Source of the DNA: Microgenomates group bacterium Gr01-1014_7
GTDB taxonomy: Bacteria > Patescibacteriota > Microgenomatia > Daviesbacterales > UBA10151
Length of the DNA stretch: 64,000 nt
Assembly (NCBI GenBank): GCA_007376405.1
Contig: VMGD01000001.1
Location: 2,891-66,890 of the forward strand
Direction of reading: 5' to 3'
The translations under genes and the position numbers were made by a program. Below are positions 38,841 to 48,897 of this stretch, piece by piece. Position 1 is the first letter of the stretch. Each line of letters starts with the position of its first letter. Below the pieces are notes generated by a model. The model saw nothing but the letters and a program-made list of their open reading frames with translations. It made no database searches and had not been told where the DNA came from.

Positions 38841-40091
38841 TCATTTATTTTTAGCAGGTTTCTTTATTCCTACCAATTGCTGAATAGAGTTCCTTCCTCC
38901 TCTGGCTACCCCCCACAAATCCACTACTTCAACCTTTTTAGGTATCACCATTCCTTTATAATTAGAATGTGGAACAGCCACAATTACAACATCACAAATC
39001 TCCATTAGTTTATTTTTGGAAACAAAGTCAGAATTTTTGGCAAATTCATCTGAATAATAAACATCAGCACCATTAAATCTTAAGATCTTTCCTAACTTGT
39101 ACGAAAGTGAGTCTCGTATATCATCTATATCCGCTTTAAATGTCATGCCTAAAATACCTACTTTAGTTTTTGTTAAATCATATCTTCTCTTTAAGTCTTC
39201 CACTATAAAGTTAGGAAGACCTTCATTTATCATCATGGCTGCGTGTCCCAATAAAAAGTTATTAGCATCAAAAGCTGCCAGCTGCATTGTATCTTTTAAA
39301 AGACAAGGACCTGCTGCAAACCCGGCTGAAGGGAGATTGGCCGCTCTTGCGTAACCTTCTTTCATAGCCCAACGTACTCTTTCATAATCAACACCAAATT
39401 TCTGAGAGATCATATAAAACTGATTCGCTAAGGCGAATTGAATATACCTCCAGGCATTTGAAAATAATTTAACCAGTTCTGCCTCTCCCATTGAAGTTTT
39501 GATAATTTTTGGAGCAATCATATTAAACAATGCGGATGCACTTTCTATTGCATGGTCACTTAATCCTGCTATAACTTGAGGTAATTCCCTCAGTTCTTGA
39601 GTAGCATACCCTTGAGTAATACGCTCAGGACAATATGCAATATGCCACTGTTTACCATTTTCCAGCATTCTCAGTAATTGTTCACAGGTATTCGGATAGA
39701 CGGTGCTTCTGATAATTATTACTTGATTGGGGCTTAGATATTTTCTTACACTTTCAAAAAAATCCAAAAAAGCCCTAGTTCTTGGGGTAAGGTGTTCGTC
39801 TACAGGAGTACCAAGAGTTACTATCACGTATTTAGCTTTAGAAATATCTTTAATGTTAAGCGATACTGATAATCTTTGTTCTTTTAAAACTTTCTCCAAT
39901 ATTTCTTGCGCTCCATGCTCTATAAAAGGCATCCTGCCTTTGCGAACCATTTCACCTTTTTTCTTATCAATATCATAAAGACATACCTTTAATCCTTTTT
40001 CGGCAAAAGCTATCCCTAGCGGGAGACCAACATGACCCAACCCACCTATAATAACTAAGTCGTAGGCGGTATTAGAAATATTTTTTGGCAT
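38841..40091 (-). CDS. Nucleotide-sugar 6-dehydrogenase (UDP-glucose/GDP-mannose dehydrogenase family)
   Basis: GLGHVG, RSTVYP, CPER, AELVK, GPCLLKD, FKADIDDIRDS; start 40091 or 40112. Confidence 0.92.
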   Translation of the reverse strand: MPKNISNTAYDLVIIGGLGHVGLPLGIAFAEKGLKVCLYDIDKKKGEMVRKGRMPFIEHGAQEILEKVLKEQRLSVSLNIKDISKAKYVIVTLGTPVDEHLTPRTRAFLDFFESVRKYLSPNQVIIIRSTVYPNTCEQLLRMLENGKQWHIAYCPERITQGYATQELRELPQVIAGLSDHAIESASALFNMIAPKIIKTSMGEAELVKLFSNAWRYIQFALANQFYMISQKFGVDYERVRWAMKEGYARAANLPSAGFAAGPCLLKDTMQLAAFDANNFLLGHAAMMINEGLPNFIVEDLKRRYDLTKTKVGILGMTFKADIDDIRDSLSYKLGKILRFNGADVYYSDEFAKNSDFVSKNKLMEICDVVIVAVPHSNYKGMVIPKKVEVVDLWGVARGGRNSIQQLVGIKKPAKNK

Positions 40092-40199
40092 AGGTTTAAT
40101 TGTCACGATCATATCATAATCATTTGCTATTTTGTAGGTACTTTATGATGTTATTGCTAATCTTCTGAAATAATCATAGACTAATAAAGATCAAAACTT

Positions 40200-40934
40200 A
40201 TGTCCAAAAGAATCAACAAAATATATCTTAGCGTTATTGTACCCGTCTATAATGAGGGTACTAATATAACAAAATTTATTTATGGTCTAGAGAGCTCAGT
40301 TAATATAAAACACGAAGTATTAATCATATATGATTTCGATGAGGATAATACTATGCCTGTTGTAAAAAGACTTAAAAGAAAGTTTAAAAATATCAAACTG
40401 ATAAAAAATATTTTTGAATCTGGCTTAATTAATGCATGCAAAACCGGATTTAAAAAAGCTAACGGTAATTTTCTGGTAGTAATGTCGGGAGATCTTGCTG
40501 ATGAACCAAAGACTATCAATAAAATGTACGAATTAGCAAAAAAAGGGTATGACATAGTTTGTGCAACTCGTTATTCCAAAGGCGGAAAACAGCTAGGTGG
40601 AAGTTTAGTAAAAACTTATCTCTCAAAATTTGCAGGACTAACCACACCCATACTGCTAGGTATTCCTACTTCAGATTTAACCAACGGTTTTAAAATGTAT
40701 AACCGAAAAATTTTTAAAAAAATAAAAATTGAGTCACAGGGAGGTTGGGAGTTTACTATGGAAATTTTAATCAAAGCTCATTTTTTAGGTTTCAAGATTA
40801 CAGAAACTCCCTCAACCTGGTATGAAAGAACTTTAGGCAAATCTAAATTTAAGCTTTTAAAGTGGTTACCAAAATATATTTACTGGTACTTTTGGGGTAT
40901 TTCTCAAAGATCGAAATTACTCTTGAATAGATAA
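40200..40934 (+). CDS. GT2, polyprenol-phosphate glycosyltransferase (DPM1-like)
   Basis: VPVYNEG, TRYSKGG, DLTNGFK, ER..GKSK. Confidence 0.85.
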   Translation: MSKRINKIYLSVIVPVYNEGTNITKFIYGLESSVNIKHEVLIIYDFDEDNTMPVVKRLKRKFKNIKLIKNIFESGLINACKTGFKKANGNFLVVMSGDLADEPKTINKMYELAKKGYDIVCATRYSKGGKQLGGSLVKTYLSKFAGLTTPILLGIPTSDLTNGFKMYNRKIFKKIKIESQGGWEFTMEILIKAHFLGFKITETPSTWYERTLGKSKFKLLKWLPKYIYWYFWGISQRSKLLLNR

Positions 40935-41773
40935 AGACCTTCATCAATAGAATGAAGTACATTCTCTCCAAATTTTTTTCTAAACTTTGATGTATCCAGC
41001 CAACAAAATTTAGTTCTTAAAGCATTCTTTTCTTTAAAAAATTCCTCAAAGGATATTCCTTTTACCAAATTTTCATTTAGATTAAAAATCTTTGCCAATT
41101 TTTTTACGAATTCATAATTTGTAACATAATCTCTTGCTCCTAAATGATAAATGCCATAACTTCCAGATTCAAGTAGCAAATCAACTGCTGCAACAACATC
41201 ATCAACGTATATTGGATTAACTACCTGATCAATCACTCCATAAAACTTTTCTCCCTTTTTGAGAGTCTCAATGGCAGTTTGGACAAATCTCTTTCTTTTA
41301 GTAAATTTGCGTGAATAGACCATAATAACTCTAACTATACAATTTCTCTCAAATGCATTCATAACCATTTGCTCACCTAGTAGTTTTGATTTACCGTATG
41401 AAGATACAGGATGAGGTTTATCATCCTCAGTATAAGACTTCTCGCTTTTAGAACCGTCAAAAACTGCATCAGTAGAAAAATAGAGAATAGGAATACCCAT
41501 GGATGCGGCAAACTTTGCAATGTGAGCAGGTGCGTGGACATTCAATGAATAAGCTAATTCAGGAAATTTCTCTGCCTCGTCCATACTGGTAAGACCTGCA
41601 GCATAGATAATATAATTAGGTTTAGATCTTTTTATAATTTGTTCAATTTGCTTGTTATTAGAAACATCAATTTGTAGATGAGAAGGAGCAACTATTTGAT
41701 ACTTAAGGCTCAAAAGCTCTCTTACTCTAGAGCCGATTAATCCACTTCCTCCAAAGATCAGAACTTTTAACAT
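40904..41773 (-). CDS. rmlD: dTDP-4-dehydrorhamnose reductase family protein
   Basis: GGSGLIG, STDAVFDG, YGKSK...GE, GIYH. Confidence 0.85.
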   Translation of the reverse strand: MLKVLIFGGSGLIGSRVRELLSLKYQIVAPSHLQIDVSNNKQIEQIIKRSKPNYIIYAAGLTSMDEAEKFPELAYSLNVHAPAHIAKFAASMGIPILYFSTDAVFDGSKSEKSYTEDDKPHPVSSYGKSKLLGEQMVMNAFERNCIVRVIMVYSRKFTKRKRFVQTAIETLKKGEKFYGVIDQVVNPIYVDDVVAAVDLLLESGSYGIYHLGARDYVTNYEFVKKLAKIFNLNENLVKGISFEEFFKEKNALRTKFCWLDTSKFRKKFGENVLHSIDEGLYLFKSNFDL

Positions 41774-41784
41774 GATAAAAAAAC

Positions 41785-43707
41785 TTAGTTAGATATACCT
41801 ATTTCTTGTAAAATTTCACTTTTTATATCATATACATTCCTATTTTTTAACCTAAAAGCATAAAATCTCTTGGGTTTATAAAATACATTTTTATATAAAA
41901 CACCCTTTTCTCCATTTCGCAAAGTGACATAACTTTTGAGCTTACCCAGACAATTAACATTGGCTCCGGTACAATAAACATTTGTTTCAGAACCGAGATC
42001 CATGTTTCTTATATACTCCGGAGTAATCCCATCCAGCGGCATACTTCTACCCCTAAATCTAATCCAGGTAGGAAAACCTGCTATTATTGTTGTTTCAAGA
42101 AAATATCCATTTTCACGATCCTCTTCATCAAAATAAAATAAGGTGGGTTCTTTCAAATCAAAATTGCCCATATAAGATAATAGTTCACTTTTTATTCTTT
42201 TTTGCTGCTCTCCGTTCATACCTGAATCATTTAACTCTTGATTAAAATACTTACCTACTATATAAAAATTGAATTGAATTATGGGTATAATTATTAATAA
42301 AATGAGCCAAGAAAAATTATTTAAGAATTTTGTATTTTTAATTTTTTCATAAAAAAGTGTAATAAGTGCGGCGATAAAAAAGGAAGAGCCAATCGCCGGA
42401 ATTGCCAAATACCTGTGAACTCCTGCTACAATTAAAGTGTAATCTGAAGGGAGCCAAGTTACAAAAATCATAAGAAAGGCTATAGCCGGGCCTATGAAAA
42501 GATATAAAAGATAACCTCCTTTTCTATCATTTAATAGCCATTCAATTAGCAATGATAGAGTCAAAGACATGATAAATACCCCTATCAGCGCGGGCTTCAG
42601 AAACATGGTGTCAAAAGATAGTCTTAAAGCTTCAACTTTGAAGAGTTGGTGACTTGCTAGTATGTAAACTATGGCACCCAATGCGATAGCCAAAAAAGAG
42701 TTTATTAATATAAATCTTAGCCGTTTTTTTAAGATAAGTATGCTTAAAAAGACTGTAAAAATGAGGAAAGTCGAAAATGGCCCTAAAAAGAATCCTAGAT
42801 ATCCGCCAAATCCATTTAAAGCATATTTGTCAGAACCTATCAGTCCCCAATATTCTCTTGGAAAGAATAGACTTGCCAGGGAAATTGGAGGATTTAGAGC
42901 GAGCTGCCAATATCCCTCTGCGATCTTTTGGAAAATAGTTTTGGTATTACCAAAAAAACTTGATATCCCACCAAATTGGCTAGGTCCGCCAAAATGAACC
43001 AGAAAATATAACAATAGTAAAGGAGAAAAAAATACAATTTGTCTTATAACGGAAGATTTTACAATTGATCTAGAAAATTTTTGACTTAGCATCCAAAAAA
43101 ACTCCCCCAAAAATATTAAAGGTATTAAAGGATACATCCTTTCAGTGGCAATAAATAACGTCAAAGGGAATAAGAAAGCACCAACAATTAACCATATCAC
43201 TCCACTTTTATTATTCTTTACTATTAAGATATAGTATGTGGCAAATATATTCATCAATGTTATCCCTATATAGTAACCACTAACCTGTGCTGAATACAAA
43301 GGTGCTACTGCAGAATAGGCAACAGCATAAAGAATTGTGGCTAAAGCTGCCAGTAATCTTTTGCCGGTAAAAGCTAAAACCAAAGGGAATAAAGTGATGG
43401 CAGATAAAAATTTAAAAAAATGGTTGGCTTTATGTATGTTTATGAAATTAAAACCATCAATTGGAAAAAAATGCTCTAAAATTCCCATATAATAAACTCC
43501 GTATGTGTAAACTCCCACGCCTTTCCAAACTTGATATATTTTGGCAAGAGGTGCCTCACCCAGTATTTTATATTGATACAAATATCCCCAATCCACATCT
43601 GCAAAACCATATCTTAAGTGAGGAGCAAGAAGTTTAGATTCGAGAAAAAAGATCAGAGGAATAATAACAATAAAGATTAGAAGTGAGCGGGGAATCCTAT
43701 GTATCAT
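41785..43707 (-). CDS. Multi-TM GT-C-like glycosyltransferase, family A
   Basis: GFADVDW loop, HRYLAIPAIG, FYFDEE, FYAF. Confidence 0.68.
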   Translation of the reverse strand: MIHRIPRSLLIFIVIIPLIFFLESKLLAPHLRYGFADVDWGYLYQYKILGEAPLAKIYQVWKGVGVYTYGVYYMGILEHFFPIDGFNFINIHKANHFFKFLSAITLFPLVLAFTGKRLLAALATILYAVAYSAVAPLYSAQVSGYYIGITLMNIFATYYILIVKNNKSGVIWLIVGAFLFPLTLFIATERMYPLIPLIFLGEFFWMLSQKFSRSIVKSSVIRQIVFFSPLLLLYFLVHFGGPSQFGGISSFFGNTKTIFQKIAEGYWQLALNPPISLASLFFPREYWGLIGSDKYALNGFGGYLGFFLGPFSTFLIFTVFLSILILKKRLRFILINSFLAIALGAIVYILASHQLFKVEALRLSFDTMFLKPALIGVFIMSLTLSLLIEWLLNDRKGGYLLYLFIGPAIAFLMIFVTWLPSDYTLIVAGVHRYLAIPAIGSSFFIAALITLFYEKIKNTKFLNNFSWLILLIIIPIIQFNFYIVGKYFNQELNDSGMNGEQQKRIKSELLSYMGNFDLKEPTLFYFDEEDRENGYFLETTIIAGFPTWIRFRGRSMPLDGITPEYIRNMDLGSETNVYCTGANVNCLGKLKSYVTLRNGEKGVLYKNVFYKPKRFYAFRLKNRNVYDIKSEILQEIGISN

Positions 43708-43708
43708 T

Positions 43709-44191
43709 TTAAAGCTTTTGCAGGTTTATATCAATTGAATTAATAACATGTTGAACCAGCATCCAAAAGCTTGAGTTTGCAGGATATTTATCTCTTAATT
43801 TTTCTAAAATAATTTTATCTTCTTTATATAAATCTGCTAGACTTTGTCTATTATTATTTAGTTTTTTCCCAGCAACATAATCTGTTAAAACCCCCACCTG
43901 ATATGATACTCTTTGGGTAGACTTTTCTACTTGATCCAGATAATCTTTATCAACAATATATTTTAATTCCGCCATACGAGTTTGCACTAGATCTTTATAG
44001 TAGCCTGCCTTACTATTAGAATCAATATATAAATTGACCTTGATTTTTTCGGTTATTCTTTTGAGAGGATAATAAAAAGATTCTGGGGTAATTTTAACAG
44101 GAGGTAAATCAGGCTGGTTTGCATATACTGGAAAAGCTGCATAAACTATAATGACACTTGTTAACAAAAAAAGTAAGGGTATTTTTTTCAT
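43709..44191 (-). CDS. Secreted helical protein (DUF5667-like)
   Basis: Signal peptide MKKIPLLFLL...VYA; ITPESFYYPLKR..E motif, R.AE. Confidence 0.7.
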   Translation of the reverse strand: MKKIPLLFLLTSVIIVYAAFPVYANQPDLPPVKITPESFYYPLKRITEKIKVNLYIDSNSKAGYYKDLVQTRMAELKYIVDKDYLDQVEKSTQRVSYQVGVLTDYVAGKKLNNNRQSLADLYKEDKIILEKLRDKYPANSSFWMLVQHVINSIDINLQKL

Positions 44192-44246
44192 GTCGCTACT
44201 TGAGAGAATTATAAATGAATGGTAGATTATACACAACCTTTAATAT

Positions 44247-45056
44247 ATGATAAAAGATAGATACTGGCAACTACCAATCTATGAAATACATGAATTTAGA
44301 AAAAAACAAACCAAATATTGTATTTGTATTCCAGTTTTGAATGAAGGGGAAGAAATTAAAAAACAGCTCCAAAGAATGCTACCCTTTTCCAAGCAGGCAG
44401 ATATTGTTATTGCCGATTGGGGTTCAACCGATGGATCAACCGATCCAAAATTTTTAAAAAAAATAGGCGTTAGAACGAAACTTTTATTAAAAAGTCCAGG
44501 AAGACAAGGGACACAACTTAGAATGGGATTTTCATATGCTTTAAAACAAGGATATGAAGGAATAATTCAGATAGATGGAAACAATAAAGACGGAGTGGAA
44601 GCAATCCCAAATTTTATCAATGCACTTGATGAAGGTTTTGATTATGTACAAGGGTCAAGATTTATAAAGGGCGGAAAAGCCATTAATACTCCCCCTCTTC
44701 GTTTTCTTGCAGTAAGACTTCTGGCAGCTCCTATTTTAAGTTTAGGGGCAGGGTTTTGGTATACGGATGTAACAAATGGTTTCAGGGGTTATAGTAAAAG
44801 ATATTTTCTTCATCCAAAAGTCCAACCATTTAGAGATATATTTGTCAGGTATGAATTCAATATGTATTTAACAGTAAGAGCAAATCAGCTGGGATTAAAA
44901 ACAAAAGAGATTCCCGTTTCAAGAACTTATCCAAAGGGAAAGGTTCATACCAAAATCTCATTTTTAAAAGGCAACTTCGATTTCTTATTATCTCAACTTA
45001 AAGCAGCTTTCGGCTACTATAACCCAAAATGTAGTAAAATATCAAAATCCATATGA
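44247..45056 (+). CDS. GT2, polyprenol-phosphate glycosyltransferase (DPM1-like)
   Basis: IPVLNEG, DWGSTDGS, DGNNKD, GSRF..GG, TDVTNGFR. Confidence 0.85.
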   Translation: MIKDRYWQLPIYEIHEFRKKQTKYCICIPVLNEGEEIKKQLQRMLPFSKQADIVIADWGSTDGSTDPKFLKKIGVRTKLLLKSPGRQGTQLRMGFSYALKQGYEGIIQIDGNNKDGVEAIPNFINALDEGFDYVQGSRFIKGGKAINTPPLRFLAVRLLAAPILSLGAGFWYTDVTNGFRGYSKRYFLHPKVQPFRDIFVRYEFNMYLTVRANQLGLKTKEIPVSRTYPKGKVHTKISFLKGNFDFLLSQLKAAFGYYNPKCSKISKSI

Positions 45057-46177
45057 AATTTAAAAATATTTTGGTAACAGGTGGCGCAGGTTTTATCGGT
45101 TCTCATCTTGTAGATAAATTAGTTTCTGAAGGATACAAAGTAAGAATTCTAGACAACTTAACTCGCCAAGTGCATCAGGGGAAAATTCCAAAATATATAA
45201 GCAAGAAGGCAGAGTTTATAAAAGGTGATGTTACAAAAAAAGAAGATTTGGAAAAAGCCCTAAAAGATATTGATACCGTATTTCATGAAGCGGCAGTTGT
45301 CGGAGTTGGACAAAGCATGTATGAAATAGAGCATTATATTTATAACAATACTTTGGGTACCGCAAGACTTTTAGATTTTCTCGCAAATAACAAACATAAA
45401 GTTAAAAGAATGCTTGTTGCCTCATCTATGAGTGCTTATGGAGAAGGTTTATACAAATGCCAAAAGTGTGGATTAGTTCGTCCTCCCTTGAGATCTGATG
45501 AGCAGATGAGTAAAAGAGAGTGGGAGTTAATTTGTCCAAATTGCAAAAGATTACTGAAACCTGTTGGCATACCGGAAAACCAGCCTTTTTCTTGCAATTC
45601 AGTTTATGCAGTAACAAAGCAATCCCAAGAAGATATGGTGATGATTTTTGGCAAAGCTTATGGGATTCCAGCTACGGCTCTTCGGTGTTTTAATGTATAT
45701 GGACCCAGACAATCATTATCTAACCCATACACAGGCGTTGCTGCTATTTTTTTATCAAGGCTAAAAAACAGTCACCCGCCAATTGTGTATGAGGATGGTT
45801 TGCAAACTAGAGATTTTATATCAGTCTACGACATCGCGGATGCAAATGTAGTTTGCCTTGATGATGAAAGGTCATTTGGGAAGGTATTTAATTTGGGGAC
45901 CGGAAAACCTATTTCCATAAAAGAAATTGCTGAAATTTTGGCAAAACTTTTAAAGAAAAACATAAAACCAGAGATCACAGAAAAATTCAGATCTGGCGAT
46001 GTGAGACACTGCACTGCAGATATTTCATTGATTGAAAAAATTTTAAGATGGAAACCTAAATGGAGTTTTGAAGAAGGAATGAAAGACTTAATCGAATGGG
46101 GAGAAAAGATCGAAGCAAAAGATTTATTTGACCAAGCCTCAAAGGAGTTAAATGCAAAAGGATTACTTAAGACTTAG
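45053..46177 (+). CDS. NAD-dependent epimerase/dehydratase with CxxC..CxxC insertion
   Basis: [22 protein letters not shown]...CPNC, YAVTK, NPYTGV. Confidence 0.88.
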   Translation: MKFKNILVTGGAGFIGSHLVDKLVSEGYKVRILDNLTRQVHQGKIPKYISKKAEFIKGDVTKKEDLEKALKDIDTVFHEAAVVGVGQSMYEIEHYIYNNTLGTARLLDFLANNKHKVKRMLVASSMSAYGEGLYKCQKCGLVRPPLRSDEQMSKREWELICPNCKRLLKPVGIPENQPFSCNSVYAVTKQSQEDMVMIFGKAYGIPATALRCFNVYGPRQSLSNPYTGVAAIFLSRLKNSHPPIVYEDGLQTRDFISVYDIADANVVCLDDERSFGKVFNLGTGKPISIKEIAEILAKLLKKNIKPEITEKFRSGDVRHCTADISLIEKILRWKPKWSFEEGMKDLIEWGEKIEAKDLFDQASKELNAKGLLKT

Positions 46178-47246
46178 AATTTCTATACAAAACAGCATAT
46201 CTGCAAAGTTCTTCTAGGATTTGATCTGAAGTATATGTATACTCCCATTTTGGGAAATGGCTTTTAAATTTAGAAACATCCGAAATATACCAAATATGAT
46301 CACCTATTCTGTTTTTGGGATTATATTTAACTTTTGCTTTTTTACCTAAAATTTTTTCAATTTTTTCTATTGCATCCAAAACCGAAATGTTGGAATGTCT
46401 TGATCCGCCAATATTGTAAACTTCACCTTTTCTTGGATTTAAATAAAAATGATAAAAAGCATTCACCACATCATATGAGTGAAGATTATCCCTCACTTGT
46501 TTTCCTTTATATCCAAAAATTGTATATTCTTTATTATCTGCGATACTGCTTACTAAATAAGCAAGGAACCCATGTAATTGAGCAGGTGAATGAGCCGGTC
46601 CTGTTAAACAACCGCCTCTGAAAATTCCCGTAGGTAACCCAAAATATTTTCCATATTCTTGAACCATTAAGTCTGCAGCTGTTTTGGAAACTCCAAAAAT
46701 TGAGTGAGTATTATCATCCAAACTCATACTCTCATCTATACCGTTATAAGATTTGTGATTTTTAGACAGTTCATAACGGGAATTTAACTCTACAAACGGA
46801 AACCTATTAGGATTATCTCCGTAAACTTTGTTTGTTGAACAATAAATAAAAACAGCATTAGGGGTAAACTTTCTGTAAGCTTCCAGTAAAATAAGAGTGC
46901 CCAAAGCATTTATAGTAAAGTCAGTTAAAGGCTCTTTAGCAGCCCAGTCGTGTGAAGGTTGGGCAGCCGCATGAATGATTAAATCAATTGTGTTATTCTT
47001 AAAAATTTCCTCAATTTTCTTTTGATTCCTAATATCAACACTGTAATGTTTATAATCCCTAATTTCTTTTTCTAGTTTTCTTTTGTTCCAAGCCGTTGAG
47101 GCAGAAGGCCCAAAAAAATATTTTCTGGCATCATTATCTATCCCTATAACCTTAAACCCCTTATCAGAAAAAAATCTCACAGCTTCAGACCCTATTAGCC
47201 CTGCAGAACCAGTTATCAAAACATTTTTCTTTTTACCCTTATCCAT
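46167..47246 (-). CDS. CDP-paratose 2-epimerase (RfbE/Tyv)-like SDR
   Basis: [42 protein letters not shown]; start ATG 47246. Confidence 0.8.
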   Translation of the reverse strand: MDKGKKKNVLITGSAGLIGSEAVRFFSDKGFKVIGIDNDARKYFFGPSASTAWNKRKLEKEIRDYKHYSVDIRNQKKIEEIFKNNTIDLIIHAAAQPSHDWAAKEPLTDFTINALGTLILLEAYRKFTPNAVFIYCSTNKVYGDNPNRFPFVELNSRYELSKNHKSYNGIDESMSLDDNTHSIFGVSKTAADLMVQEYGKYFGLPTGIFRGGCLTGPAHSPAQLHGFLAYLVSSIADNKEYTIFGYKGKQVRDNLHSYDVVNAFYHFYLNPRKGEVYNIGGSRHSNISVLDAIEKIEKILGKKAKVKYNPKNRIGDHIWYISDVSKFKSHFPKWEYTYTSDQILEELCRYAVLYRNSKS

Positions 47247-47254
47247 GGTTTTCA

Positions 47255-47263
47255 ACTATATCA
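47255..47263 (-). promoter_or_regulatory. Extended -10 element upstream of ATG 47246
   Basis: TGa-TATAGT followed by 8 nt and ATG. Confidence 0.45.
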
Positions 47264-48382
47264 TGACCGAGTAATCTTTTCTATAAGTGTTAGGCTTTTT
47301 TTTACGGATTTTTCCCAGCTAAATTTTTTACTCCATTTATAAGCATTCTTGCTTAATTTATCTAAATTTTCTTCGTTAGATAAGGTTTTCTTAATCAAAT
47401 CAGCCAATTCAACATTATTCCTATTTTTACAAAGTAATCCGGTAATACCATCCTTTATAGAATCTCTAAGGCCTGGCACATTAAATGCGAGAGTGGGTGT
47501 AGCTACACTAGCTGCCTCAATAACCACCAATCCCCACCCTTCTCTTACAGAAGTATTTATCAGCAAATGTGCTTTTGACAGTAATTCAAATTTCCTATTC
47601 TCTTCAACAAAACCATAAAAAGCAACTCGTTGTTCAATATTTAGTTCCTTGCATAACAATTTTAGTCTTTTTAAATAATTTTCATCACCCTTCCCAACTA
47701 CCCAAAACTTCCATTTCGTTTTTGTAGATAGTATTGAAAATACTTCTAGAGCATCTTCAATTCCTTTATCTCTACTCAAGGCTCCCAAAAAAATAAGAGT
47801 TGGTTCTTTTTCTTTTTCAAATCTTTTTAAACCTCTTGGTATGTTTGTTCCATTGTGAATAATAGTAATATTTTTATCCGGTATGCCCCACCTAATTAAG
47901 TCATCTTTTGTAGATTTTGAAACAGTCATAAAAGGAACATATTTGTAAAATAAAAAAATTAGCGGCTCAAATAATCTGCCGAAAGTGCTGGGGAAAAAAT
48001 TGTAGGGTTTTGGCCAGGGGTTTAAACTCCATACCTCTTTTGCCACCTCATGTATAAAAGCCAATTTTTTGCCTCGAACGTAGAATGGAATAAAAAAAGG
48101 AATACCGTGAAATTGATCAATAACTAAATCAAACTTTTCGTGAGGCTTAAATAAGTACCATAGAAACGCCTCCCACTGTACTCCAAACATTTGTCTCCCG
48201 TACCTTTTTATATTTATTCCATCTATTACTTCTTCTCTTTTTGCATCAGGAAAGTAAGAAGTAAATATAGTCACTCTATGATCCATCTTTACCCAACCTT
48301 TGGCATGTTCATGGGTAGATTTTTCTGCCCCACCTGCATGGGGATGGCCAGGTCCTCTCCAAGATAGAATTAATATATTCAT
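47261..48382 (-). CDS. Glycosyltransferase family 4
   Basis: HPHAGGAE, FLG.L...KG, EGWGLVVIEA. Confidence 0.92.
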   Translation of the reverse strand: MNILILSWRGPGHPHAGGAEKSTHEHAKGWVKMDHRVTIFTSYFPDAKREEVIDGINIKRYGRQMFGVQWEAFLWYLFKPHEKFDLVIDQFHGIPFFIPFYVRGKKLAFIHEVAKEVWSLNPWPKPYNFFPSTFGRLFEPLIFLFYKYVPFMTVSKSTKDDLIRWGIPDKNITIIHNGTNIPRGLKRFEKEKEPTLIFLGALSRDKGIEDALEVFSILSTKTKWKFWVVGKGDENYLKRLKLLCKELNIEQRVAFYGFVEENRKFELLSKAHLLINTSVREGWGLVVIEAASVATPTLAFNVPGLRDSIKDGITGLLCKNRNNVELADLIKKTLSNEENLDKLSKNAYKWSKKFSWEKSVKKSLTLIEKITRS

Positions 48383-48897
48383 ACTGAATCCATGGCTAAG
48401 ATTAAAGTACCATTTTTCTTTAAAACTCTTCTAATTTCTTGTAGAGATTTTAAAGGGTTTTCCACATGTTCTATGGTTTCATAGTTTAGTACGAAATCCA
48501 TACTGTTACTTCTAAAAGGTAAATCTTCAGCAGAAGCTACTCTAAAATTTATATGAGGATAAATTTTCTTAGCATACGATATAGCTTTATCAAATACATC
48601 TATTCCAAAATATTTAGCATTTGGATAAGACTTAGCAATTTCAGAAATCATATATCCACTGGCACAACCAACATCTAAGCAATTACTAAGCTTTATTCTT
48701 TTTATAATTCTTTTAGCAAGTTTAATCTTATGATAATGCCAAATCCATCTAAATATATTTGTTTTAACGCCTTTTTGATAATAATTTACTGGTACTTTAT
48801 CCCAAAGATTGTATAACCTATGATCTAAAAATTTTGGTTGATTTTCAGAATTAGTTTCCCTTTGTTGACTTGCATTTACTGAAGAGAAGATGTTCAT
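48379..48897 (-). CDS. Class I SAM-dependent methyltransferase, possibly C-terminally truncated
   Basis: LDVGCASG, LPF, ETIEHV, RRVLK; ends right after GTLILAMDSV. Confidence 0.75.
   Translation of the reverse strand: MNIFSSVNASQQRETNSENQPKFLDHRLYNLWDKVPVNYYQKGVKTNIFRWIWHYHKIKLAKRIIKRIKLSNCLDVGCASGYMISEIAKSYPNAKYFGIDVFDKAISYAKKIYPHINFRVASAEDLPFRSNSMDFVLNYETIEHVENPLKSLQEIRRVLKKNGTLILAMDSV

Noticed and set aside
28215-47246. Two genes both beginning MDKG with the same first codons
   Set aside because: Match is only about 11 nt and the proteins are unrelated; likely chance
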